Shown: piece after piece, positions 24,629 through 35,535 of the stretch | Layout: each line of letters starts with the position of its first letter | Position numbering within the stretch: the first letter of the stretch is position 1 | Assembly: GCA_020891255.1 (NCBI GenBank) | Contig: BQFW01000013.1 | Location: forward strand, 1,488,001-1,552,000 | DNA length: 64,000 bases | Origin: Entomortierella parvispora E1425 | Lineage: Eukaryota; Fungi; Mortierellomycota | Direction of reading: 5' to 3' | Program-made: the position numbers and the translations under genes | Notes under the pieces: model-generated | The model's database searches: none | What the model was told of the DNA's origin: nothing | Seen by the model: the letters and a program-made list of their open reading frames with translations, nothing else

Positions 24629-26224
24629 ATGACCGACACCCAACCCCGTGAGCACCACGTCTACCTCGCCAAGCTCGCCGAGCAGGCCGAGCGCTACGAA
24701 GGTAGGCCTCGATGCTTTCTCTCTCATCTGTCAACCTGATCGGCAGACGCACAATGGATCCACTTTGATTCTCGCTCCATCTCTTTCCTGATTTCCCCAC
24801 TTTGTTTTCTTATCGCACCTGCAAGGCGTCCTCCTGTCAGTGTTCTTTTTGTTTGGGTGCAGATGTAACGGACCCCTTGGAAAGCGCGTGCTCCCGCAGT
24901 TCCACAGCTTTTTTTTTTTTTTTTTTTTTACACCTCGATGGATCTTTGCCGAAATTGTGTGAATTTTGCTTTCATTGGTCCAATGTAACAACTATCCAGA
25001 GATTCACATGCCCAGAGATTGAATTTCGTTCCGGGGAGGAACATTTTTTGGCGGGGGAGAATTGCGTCATGAACTGCACCGGGCACGTCTTGCCACCATT
25101 TTGCACGGAGGAAAAAATTCTATCTCCAAATTCCAACCTCGCCATGTAGTTGCGCCAAAAGAGTCTTGGAGGGTGCTGGCATGCTGCTACCAAAGGCCTT
25201 TGGATGATCACCTGCTTGTCATGTGGTCTGGGGACCTGCTCTGATGACGCGCATCGACGTCGGGCTTTGTTCTTTGGGCTTCCTTTGGCGTGCGTTGCCT
25301 ACGTCACCGTTTTTTTTTCATTGCTCAGTCTTTACTGGTACCTGGGTTCCCCCTCATGATCGGGTCACCTATTGAGTCCCCGCTAGCTTTATTGCCGCTG
25401 CAGCAGAAAGTCTAACGCTCCCCCTTGCTTGTAGAGATGGTCGAGGAGATGAAGGCTGTTGCCTATGCCGACAAGGAGCTTACCGTCGAGGAGCGTAACC
25501 TTCTCTCAGTCGCCTATAAGAACGTTATTGGCGCTCGTCGCGCCTCGTGGCGCATTGTCTCGTCGATTGAGCAGAAGGAGGAGTCCAAGGGCTCCGAGGC
25601 TCATGTCGCCATGATCAAGACCTACCGTGCCAAGATCGAGCAGGAGCTTGCCAAGATTTGCCAGGATATTCTTGATGTCTTGGAGAAGCACTTGATTCCC
25701 GTTGCAGAGTTGGGCGAGTCCAAGGTCTTCTACCACAAGATGAAGGGTGACTACCACCGCTACTTGGCCGAGTTTGCCACTGGTGAGACCCGTGTCACTG
25801 CCTCTGACAAGTCCTTGGAGGCTTACAAGACCGCCAGCGAGGTTGCCACGACCGAGCTCCCCCCTACTCACCCCATCCGCCTTGGATTGGCCCTCAACTT
25901 TTCCGTCTTCTACTACGAGATCTTGAACTCGCCCGACCGTGCTTGCCACTTGGCCAAGCAGGCCTTCGACGACGCCATCGCTGAGTTGGATACCTTGAGC
26001 GAGGAGAGCTACAAGGACTCGACATTGATCATGCAGCTCTTGAGGGATAACTTGACTCTCTGGACCTCCGACATGCAGGATGGTAACGTTGAACCTTCAA
26101 AGACACCGACGATAGAACGTTGGCCTTATGTTCTGAGCCATTCTCAGTATTAACCCATACTCCTTTTTTCGTATTGATAGCTCCCAGACCCGAGGCCGAG
26201 GCCGACCCCGCCCCCGAAGATTAA
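24629..26224 (+). CDS. 14-3-3 protein (Bmh/Rad24-like); exons 24629-24701, 25435-26082, 26181-26224
   Basis: [88 protein letters not shown]. Confidence 0.98.
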
Positions 26225-26812
26225 AAAATGACCAAGAACGGAGAGCGAGACTAACTTGTTCCCTTTGCACCAGACCCCAATACCATCATGTCAATAAAAT
26301 GAACTCAAAACACCAATTTCATTGGGCCAATGGAAGTGAATTCTAGCGTGCTGAACTCCAATCAGGACAATCATCTCAATCTCTTCGCCGCTGCTTTGTG
26401 TGTCAGCGACAAATAGGATTTGCATACAATGGAGCTTCAGTTGGCGTGAGTGCCCTTATCCCCCCGCTCGCTCCCTCAAGACAGAGGAAATGTCCATGGC
26501 CGACTCGGTGCAGCTTTGCTTTTCTCTCTCACTCATAGGAAGCGTATTGTACTTTTGCATCTTTTGTACAGATCATGTCCAGGCTGGTCCCAGTCTGGCA
26601 GCACGGCTTCACCTCGGTTCTTAAATACTTCGTTGCCTTCATTTTTTTCTTCGTTCCTCTGTATTCATTGTATTTGAATTTCCTCCTTCTATTCAACACA
26701 CACGCACTAGTCTGCATGTTGTCGATTTGGTGGCGTACTCATCAAATTTTGGTGGCGGGTCGCGATTCGTGAACATGCCCGCCCTGTTTTTGTAAGTCGG
26801 ATGGTCCGCAGA

Positions 26813-27430
26813 TTACAATGCCTGTCAACATAAAACAGAAGCGTAAACAAAGTAAATGGATCGACTTGAACTCGGGCTAACAATTATAATAGGGCCAGAA
26901 AGCAATTTGATCTTAGAGTACTTACATAACTCGGACAGATATCCGCGTCCGCTATGGCATCTGCTTCGATGCGAGGGGAAAGTTTTTGGTATCCATCTGG
27001 TGATGCACTGGTGTCTGTTGTTGTTGGACACGCCCAAGCGGGGGCCTGTGGGTCGAACGGAGCGATTGGGCGGCGTTCTGGTGAGCGCAGAAGCGAAAAT
27101 CCTGCCAAAGCAATGTTCATCGATGCGTTCGTGTCTCTTCCTCTCTGTGTGTATCCGCGCCTGAATGCAGCACAATCCGGATTAAAACATTCGACTGCCC
27201 CATGCAGCCTGACCAGCTTGTGGACGCCTCTTCGCCACCGTCTCCCTCTTGCAAGTCGAAGCAGTTGAAAGCATAGCGGGCACGTCTGTAACGAAAGATG
27301 TTCGTTGGTCTTGCAAACCGGAGAGGAGCACATGTGCCTATGAGGGATTTTACTACCACCCATTTTAGCGCGACCCTTCAGACGGGAGCCTATGCCAGAA
27401 CCAGTGGCGCCGTGCGCGACGTCGTTTCTC
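26813..27430 (-). mobile_element. Fanzor/TnpB-like nuclease remnant A (C-terminal part: Gly motif, RuvC-II, zinc finger, RuvC-III)
   Basis: DVAHGATGSGIGSRLKGRAKMGG...TNEHLSLQTCPLCF...GAVECFNPDC...RDTNASMNIALAG has the E / CxxC-CxxxxC / RDxNAxxNI order of TnpB/Fanzor C-termini; the frame is closed by stops just upstream (TAG near 27432). Confidence 0.8.
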
Positions 27431-27707
27431 TACCCTCTTGTTCAATCCAGCATGGTGACGTAGCTGCTGAGTGGTTGTCTGGTGCGCATCAGCGAAGCCA
27501 TTGGGACTGGGACGGTATTAAAAAGTATGTGGGACCCTGGGTCCGTTCCCAGCCTAGCCTGAACCATTAGCTATCCATCATTCACTCATCCTTTCTCGCT
27601 TCTTTCCTTTCTCACTATCCCCGCACCTTTCCTTCCTCGCCGTCCCTGCCCCATTCACTGAATCTCACAAGCTACTTGTATTCACTCATCATAATCTATC
27701 ACCACCC

Positions 27708-28760
27708 TTGGACGCGCAGAGCGTGCCGTCGCTGACTTGTAAGGTGCTGGCATACGATTTGACCACGCTACTCCCTAAAAAGTGGCATTCCAAGAACACC
27801 TCTAACAGCATCAACAACGCTAGTGGTGCCTTTCAACACGGTCTCCCCGCTACGACCCTTGCAGAAGGACTCTCCACCCAACATCAAGATCGGCCGTTGA
27901 AGGAGTTCGATGTGGTGTTGCAAACTACCGGGGATCCTGTGCTGGACGAAGACATGTTGATTGATGAGACCGGATGTTCTTTACAGGGCGCCAATATTTC
28001 TCATGGACACCCAGGGCAAGGACATGTGACACAGAGAAGCTTCGCCGTTGCAAAAGCCTCAGCTCTACATGCAAAAACACTACCATAAGTTCGAGATGTC
28101 TACCCGACGAGGGTCCATGTGGAGAGAATGGTAGAGGGACCAGATTTTATTACAATCGGAGTCGACCCCGGCAGAGCAAAGCCCGCAAGCGTTGTTGTCG
28201 TACATACCAAGTATCCCAATCTCTCGCAGACGCTGGATATCGCAGACAAGACGGCCAAGGACATTCAGAAACGATACATGAAGTGTTTGAATTCAAAGAA
28301 GAAGGCCCAGGGGATCGACGTGTTGGAAGGCACCCTGGCTGCGTCTGTGGCTCCAGTACAAGTGAAGGCTAGACAAGAGAGGGGCATTACAACTCGCGAC
28401 GACTGGGCCAGAGCTGCCAGTGTGCACTATAGTAACCACTTGGTTTGGCTCAAACCTCGACTCGCCGCATTCAAGAAACTACGGGCCTTTTACGAATCAA
28501 TCGACTTCAAGAAGGACCTGTTTGATCTTAAAGCATCTATTCGGAACGTCAGCCGCATCAGAATGGTGCATATACCCCACCCCAAGATCCCAGATGCATA
28601 AGTTCAGTCTTATCAAGAAAATCAGGCTGTTCTAGGCATTGGAGATGGGGCATTTGGTGGCCGTAAGGAAAAAACACTGGATTCTCTGGCGCAAACGGCA
28701 AGTGTTGTTCGAATGAATTCAGTCTTCAGAGAGACAAGAGCTCCAAATTTGAACATTTGA
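27708..28760 (+). mobile_element. Fanzor/TnpB-like nuclease remnant B (WED-like segment, RuvC-I, bridge-helix region, Gly motif), pseudogenised by in-frame stops
   Basis: One reading frame across 27708-28760 with TAA at 28086 and 28599: KVLAYDL...FITIGVDPGRAKPAS (RuvC-I Asp 28164)...LRAFYES...AVLGIGDGAFGGRK. Confidence 0.7.
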
Positions 28761-29276
28761 AGCAGTCTGTCGCATTAAAAGGCATCTGAGTTGATAACAT
28801 CCTATATCGGATCTCTGCCTACGCGCAGAAGCATTGGTAGACCGTGTATCGAAGCTAAGCAGCCATTCAGCCAGAGGTAAAGAACACGTGACCGCTGTGG
28901 TCTTAAGCGAGAATGGGGGTTTTGTGATTCTCTTTCCAGCATCAAAACGACCAACAATTCAGGTAAATGCTATTAACGTGAACAAGCGATGGAAGCCAGG
29001 ACGCAACAATGCATCAGCGGACATATACAATGCGATGGGGATCTGAACTGAGTGCGTCAATCCTGTATCCATGTATACTGTCGAATTGAACTACACTTTG
29101 GAGTAAACTCATTCGAACTGCGACGAGAAGTTCAAGAGACAATCCATTGATGCTCAGCGGGACTTGGAACTCGCAATGGAGAGGATGGTAGAGACCAACG
29201 CGGGATAATAGATGATTGATTTTTTTTTTGTTCTATCTCGGGTAGTAGGATTTTCACGTATATCTTCTTCCTTATA

Positions 29277-30293
29277 ATGTCGTCGTTTTCAAGGAGAGGC
29301 TGCTTCAAGTGCGGCAATGGTAGTGTTCAGGAGACGCGACTCGGCATTGTCTTCATTGAGTCTCTTATCTGCCTTCCGTTATATGTACTCTGCTTGTTCT
29401 CATACGATATTATCACTTTTTTTTTTGACTATAGTTGGACACTATGCCAGCGTATGCACGGCCCCGGAACGTCTCTGTTACAACTGCCGACAAGCTGGAC
29501 ATGAATCGAACCTCTGCCCAATGCCTCGCATGACCGACTCAAAGCAGTGCTACTCATGTGGTGGAGGTAAAGAGCTGGGAAGAAAAAAAACGTGATTTGG
29601 TGGTGCAAGTACTTATTTTGATGGTTTTTTACAGTGGGACATATTCAGGTCGATTGCCCTACTCTCAGACTCGCGCGTAATGCTGGAATGAGAAGTGGCG
29701 TCGGTCAATGCTACAACTGTGGAATGCCTGTAAGTTCTTATCGTGATCTGGGGATCGATATGTTGGTATCCCGTCACTCATATCCTCTGGACTCAATTGC
29801 AAATAGGGGCATATGGCACGTAACTGTCGTAACCAATCTCGCTATAACCAAGGAGGCCCTCATCTGCGTAACTTTGATGGACCCGCTAATGGACACGTTC
29901 CTGGACGTGGAGGTTACTTGGGGGGAGGACCTGGCCGCAACCATTTCAACAACGTCCCGAACCAGAGCAACAATGAGAATGAGGCTACAGGACCTGGCGT
30001 TAGCTCCAATGGTCGCATTATTTGCTTCAAGTGCGGCGGATTGAACCACTACTCGCGTGACTGCAGAGCCAAGAGTGTCAAGTGTTTTAACTGCAACGGA
30101 TTCGGTCATTTGAGCCGGGATTGCTCAGAGCCAGCCAAAGTCCAAACGTGCTACAAGTGTCAACAGGAGGGTCACATTGTAAGTTTCTATTTATTTGGCA
30201 TCGCCCTGTGTCGAAAGCTACCTCATTTGTGCGATGATACTAAAATCACCTTCATGCGATATGTCGCAGGCCCGCGATTGCACACAGGCTTAA
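29277..30293 (+). CDS. GIS2: CCHC zinc-knuckle RNA-binding protein (Gis2/Byr3/CNBP family), multi-exon
   Basis: Seven CxxCxxxxHxxxxC knuckles (CFKCGNVGHYASVC, CYNCRQAGHESNLC, CYSCGGVGHIQVDC, CYNCGMPGHMARNC, CFKCGGLNHYSRDC, CFNCNGFGHLSRDC, CYKCQQEGHIARDC) and an RG-rich linker. Confidence 0.92.
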
Positions 30294-30398
30294 ATAGTCG
30301 TCGATCATTCATTGAACCATCTACAAAAAATAAATATTGTCCTGGCTTTTATTATGACGGTTTCCATACATGCTCCATGCAGTGGCATCGGGGTGTTT

Positions 30399-32146
30399 CT
30401 ATTCTCTGTCGACGGTTCCTGGCCGCTCTTCCATTGGTAAGGCACTGATGACTTTTTCAGTACGCTTTGCAGCCACATATTGAGCCATTGAGCGAATGAT
30501 AATCGTCCAGCCTGCCAGTATGAGAATCATTGAGACCCAATGACTTTCCATATCTGTTTGGAGCCAGTCCATTTCGGCCGAGTCAGCATTAGATCCATAT
30601 CTCATCTCAACACCCCCGCCTCCGATGTATCCTGTATCATCTACATAGGCTGGTGGTTTCTCCGTGTTGATCTGAGTGACTTCGCCTGCGCTTGAGTTTT
30701 CAGCCCCGGATTCGCTAGCGCTGAAACCAAGCATTGGTCCAAACCCCCCTCGCATCTGGACGCCAAAATTGACCAACGTTATACCCAATCCAACCATGGA
30801 CCCAGACTATAAACAGTCAAAAGAGTTAGCAATAAGAAACGAGTGAGAAACAGGTTGCTTGTCATTCGATCGACCTCTTCCTTTTCACCCCTGTCCTTTT
30901 TCTTTACCTTAGATGCATGTGAATTGTGCAGCATATAGGTCAAAAGAACGCCGAGGAATTGAAAACTCACAGCCACTATTAACAAATGTAAAAAAGTATG
31001 ATATGAGTTTACGTGCAGAGTTGAACCGTGCGTCGTTTATCAACCTGCATGATTGTTCAACATTTGTTGCATGAATTTTGTCATACCAACCACATTCCAA
31101 GCGAACTGAAAGATGTTGCCTACGGGGATTCCATCGACAAGGATCTCATCTCCAAAGACGCTAGGAGTAGCAACCGTCATCTCAAAGTATGGTGGAGTGA
31201 TGTCCTGTACCGCCGAGTCATAAGCCTAGCCACAGAAGACAAAAGGGAGTCGCCGAGTGAGCCCTAGCGATCGAGCAAAAGTGAGGGGAGACGATGTGCA
31301 AGGTAGAGGTGGCGAAGGCAGGGGTAGAAAAACGCAAAAGCGTCGTGCGATGAAAATGCTGGGATAGATTGTCATTTTTGTGTGGTTCCTTTTTTGTTTA
31401 CCGGCGGTCGTTGTTGATTGTCTTTTTGGCCCTCGACCTCAGGCTTAGCCGACAGGTTGGCAAAGACGCCATCTGTGGTTGGTGGCAGCCGCATTCGCCT
31501 GTCAGAACTTGGATTCGAGCTCAGTCCAGCGGGGGGGAACTGGCTGCTACTGCTTCCGTTATAGGATTGCGCTCGGCATTCCGCTTCTGAATCAGCATCT
31601 GACTGCACCAGCGAGTAGGAAGAAGAAGAAGAGCCGCCAGAGGAAGAAAGGGTAACGGATACTGAGTTCAGTATCCGACCGATGGAGTTCTTCGAGGATG
31701 AATCTTCAAGAGATCTGAGGGAGTGAGTGCTGGTGTTGAGAATAGTGGTATTAGATCTCTCGCATTGCAATTCGATCCTTGAAGCCCCGCCTTGTAGTCG
31801 CTTGACTTCCTGAGATTCATTGTCCTCCTCTTCGATTTCGCCTATAGCGAGCTCGAACTCGGTCCAGGCCGAAGACAAGGGTGCGTGTTCTTGCATGTTG
31901 GCAGTGTAGTTCAAGATGGCGGCGGTCGATCCAGAGTTTCTTTGTGTATCTTCGGTAGAATCGGCATCTTGGACCTGAGTGGCATAAGCCCACGAGCGAA
32001 AGGAGAAGAGTTGTGAGGAGAAGGCACAGTGAGTGTGTGGGAGGGAGTGGGGTTATTTGGGTGCGTGAGCCATGACGGAGTCTGGATCGTTGACGCGCGC
32101 GCGGCGCGTGTTGCAGTTCTCGTACCTTGGAATATGAATGAGGCAT
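30399..32146 (-). CDS. BSD2: Bsd2/Ndfip-family Nedd4(Rsp5) adaptor, metal homeostasis protein
   Basis: DGVFANLSAKPE; PPAY (split by intron) and PPYF PY motifs; DEILVDGIPVGN; VSFQFLGVLLTYMLHNSHASK; GLGITLVNFG. Probable first exon MPHSYSK 32146-32126. Confidence 0.88.
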
Positions 32147-32366
32147 GTCGAATGTTTTAAGTACGATTGTGCGATGCTGATCAGCAATGGAGGAAATGAA
32201 AAGAATGAAGCTCATGCTCTCTTCTCCATGGACAACTCTTTCAGCACTCGCTGAACTCTGTGCAGGCAAAGAAAAGGGGTCAAGAGAGCACGGAGGTACC
32301 TCACGTGCATGATCGATTTCGTTATGTATGTACAAGAGGCTTGATATTAGGATGGCTATGTAGTAA

Positions 32367-34041
32367 TTAGTGGTGAAGGTGGGAGCTGCTGGAGCCGTGG
32401 CCACCAGGTCGGGTCCTGTTATTACGCCTCCGCCTCCAGATCTTCTTTGTTCGAACGGAGGAAGATTCCGTGATGTCGCGTTTACAGAGTGGGCAAGTCC
32501 TCTTCAGTTTGAGCCACTCGTCTACACACTCCTTGTGAAAGTAGTGGTCACATGGCAGTCGCCGAAGATCTTCTTGGTCCTCATATTCGCAGAGACAGAT
32601 GGAGCAGGCTGTTGAAATCCGACACTCCACTTGCTCGCCTGCGTCTCCGCTCTTCTTTTCCTGTTGGTTCAATTGAGGGACTTCCGGATCGAGTTCCTCC
32701 AGGATCAAGGTTCCACTACCTTGACCGTATTGCGTAGCTCCGTTGTCATCTGCTCTGGTTGAGCTGTCGTCGATCCCCAACGCAGTAATATCGATTACAA
32801 CATCACTTGGTTCACTCAAGTCTGCTGGTCCAGATCCTGAAGATTCACCATCCTGAGAAACAACAATGACTGGGGCTGGGGCCATGTTGCTGGCGGACAA
32901 GGATAGCGCCCCTGCAGTTCCCTTTTCATCGTCCCCGTCATTTCCACACGGTGTTGTTTGAGCGAGGGGTTCACCCGGCAATGGCTTTTTTGAAAATTTG
33001 ATGACAGGGATCGCATCAATCATCTCTGGACTCGCCCCTTGCCACTGCATCACCGTCGGCCCCACACCAAAGATCTCAAGCAGGTAGACAAGTCCGTTCA
33101 AACAGAACATAACGATGAACCAGAGGAACACCAATACAGCCAGGCACGCGTAGCCCACCAGGGAGAACACGAGGACCAGGTAAAACAGTCCTGGCGCTGT
33201 GTTGATACAGCTCGACTGTGTCGTTAGGATTACGACCGAGAAAAGGAGGAGCACGAATGAGGCCCAGTTGATCATAGTCTTGTAGCTAAAACAAAAAAGA
33301 ATCGTTGTTTGAGTTTGGCGTGGTTTTTCCTTTTAGTGCTCCTGTTTGTTGGACAGGCACAAAAAAGAAAGGAAAAAAAAAGAAACTTACTGCACGCCGC
33401 AAGCGCCACTCAGGTCTCTTGGCAGGTCATCCGGTTGAACGTAGAGAAAACGACGCAGGAGTAGACCACAAATGACAATGGATCGCGCCAGGTATAAGGC
33501 CAGAAACACAACCATGTAGACGCACTCCCTCGCCTCGCTACGCTCAACAAGAACGACTGTCACGGTTGTCACTATCTGGGGGGTATGGTCTTGTGAGCAT
33601 CGATTGTTACTCCTCCTCCTGTTCGTCCCTATCACTCTACCTACTCACCTCGATGAAAGTAGCTCCAATATAATAGATGAGAAGACCACGAGAGCTGGTC
33701 GATAGTCTGGACCAGCTCTGAACGACGTCCAAATACAGATTGTGTCGTACCATCCTTCCGTCGACACTGCTGATAAGAGCAGAGGCAGATGCAACCACGG
33801 GTCGAACACTGGCCGGCCGAGAAGAGGCACGACTGACAACGCTGGGGGCTTTAGAAGGTTGGGGATCCTGGAGTACATTGGAAGGAGAGAGGGAGCGGGT
33901 GCTATTTACTGAGAGGCGTGAGGGTGTCGAGAACACTCCTGAAAGGCCAACCGGCGGTGGCGTCGGAGCCTGTGAGGATCTCGACGGAGGAGGTCCAAGT
34001 GACGGTATGGGGTTTGAGACAGAGTGTCCAGTTGTGGGCAT
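32367..34041 (-). CDS. Multi-TM RING-H2 E3 ubiquitin ligase
   Basis: CSICLCEYEDQEDLRRLPCDHYFHKECVDEWLKLKRTCPLCK with several hydrophobic helices N-terminal to it. Confidence 0.9.
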
Positions 34042-34463
34042 GGTGTGTCATAAAGAACGGATGGAGTTGCTGATGAAGAGAGAGCAAGGAAGGAAGGAGG
34101 GGAGGGGGGAAAGGGGAGACGTTGGTTCGGATCGCTTCTTGTGAAGATCGAAAGAGAGTGGAAAGAGGGATAAAGAGCCGTCAGGCAAAGGGGAAAAAAG
34201 AGGATGAAGCGGAAAGGGGTCGTGCACGCAAAGTGTCACGACCCTCGTGTGAAACATTGGGTTATTTATTAGCATGAAAAAACCTTTATTTAATTATACA
34301 ACTGTTTTTAAATTTTATTCCAATTTTCGGTCTTTCTCCAAGCTTCTTTTGGGTTCTCGCCTCTTCCCCTTTCTTTCTTTCTTTTCTTTCTTTTCTTTTT
34401 TTCTCTCTTCAATCACTCATCTCCTTACATCCACATTCTTTCTTCGCCATCTGCTTCTGACAG

Positions 34464-35473
34464 GTAAGCCCCGAATTCCTCGAGCCTTTATTCCCTCTGC
34501 TTTCATCCTGCTTCTTCATGAGTGCGAGCTGTGGTGGCGTGCGTGAAGTGTGCGTCCTACGTTGTTTATTTCATTTTTGGTGGCAAACGCTACCTACCAT
34601 TGGACATTAGGTCAGGAGTTCCTAGGCAGCTCTGAGTAATCTACTTCAACATTACTCCGACTATTGGGCAGTGTTCTGCCTGGATCTTGGATGAATGGAT
34701 GGATGGATGAAGTGGCGACCTTTCAAAGATGACGACGATAATATCCTAAGCTGATCAAACCTTGAGGATTGCAAGAAAAAGCGCGCCATGGTGTGCTGGA
34801 GGCGAAGTAGATGCCGTCAAAGCACAAAGGACCCGTTGGAGCAGGAATGGCCACAGCTTTGGCGACTATGTTCCATAGCCCCATTTGACATCATTCCTGC
34901 GAGTGTGGAGGTTGAGGAATTGCCCTCTTTGTTTGATTGCGGTCGCAGTGACCTATTTTGTTCTTTCCTTTCAGTCCCCGAACAGTGAACAGCGCGAGGG
35001 GTTCTTTTTATTTGTTCCGTCTGCTGTGTCGTCTCTGTGGGTCTATGTGGAAGGGTGCAGGTTGTGCGAGAGTACCACACGAGCGGAATGGTTTTTTATC
35101 TGTGTTTTTACTCGTTTCAAGTGTCCATTGGTTACTTCTGGCTCTCTTTTGTTTCCTTTATCTGCTGCTCCACTTCGCCTCCCCCCTGTTTCCCTGTTTC
35201 CGCCATATTTCCACCCCCACTGTGCTTGCTGGGTAGAATGCACCAACGAGGGCTCTCAGTGTCCCTGCCTACCACAGCGCTCGCTCGTCCTCGTCGTGCA
35301 AACGGCCTCTTGCGCACACTCCGTCGCCTGTTGGCCCCTTTCTGTCCGCGCCTTTCCTGCAGTGTCCCCTCCCTCCCATGTCCCCCTTTATCCCTCATTT
35401 TCCTTGCACACAAAAGTAACTTTTCTGCTCATCGCAAATACCTAACATTCTCTTGCCTTTTTTCCATCACTAG
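34464..35473 (+). other. Probable ~1 kb 5'-UTR intron of the G3BP-like gene
   Basis: CAG/GTAAGC donor after a pyrimidine-rich leader; CCTAAC branch point, polypyrimidine tract and TAG acceptor 62 nt upstream of ATG 35536. Confidence 0.5.
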
Positions 35474-35535
35474 ATCTCGCTCCATCCCTCCATCTACATC
35501 CATCTTTCTGCCCTCTGTACATATATAATACCAAA

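Noticed and set aside
25506-25949. Long antisense ORFs over 14-3-3, G3BP (36470-37237) and RPL22
   Set aside because: Typical shadow ORFs from strong codon bias in highly expressed genes
28834-29130. Possible degenerate C-terminus of Fanzor remnant B (GRNNASADI; stop followed by TECVNPVS)
   Set aside because: Resemblance to RDxNAxxNI and ECxNPxC is weak, the motifs are in the wrong order and key residues are missing; needs an HMM alignment
26300-29270. Terminal inverted repeats or target-site duplication bracketing the Fanzor region
   Set aside because: None could be identified by eye; element ends remain undefined
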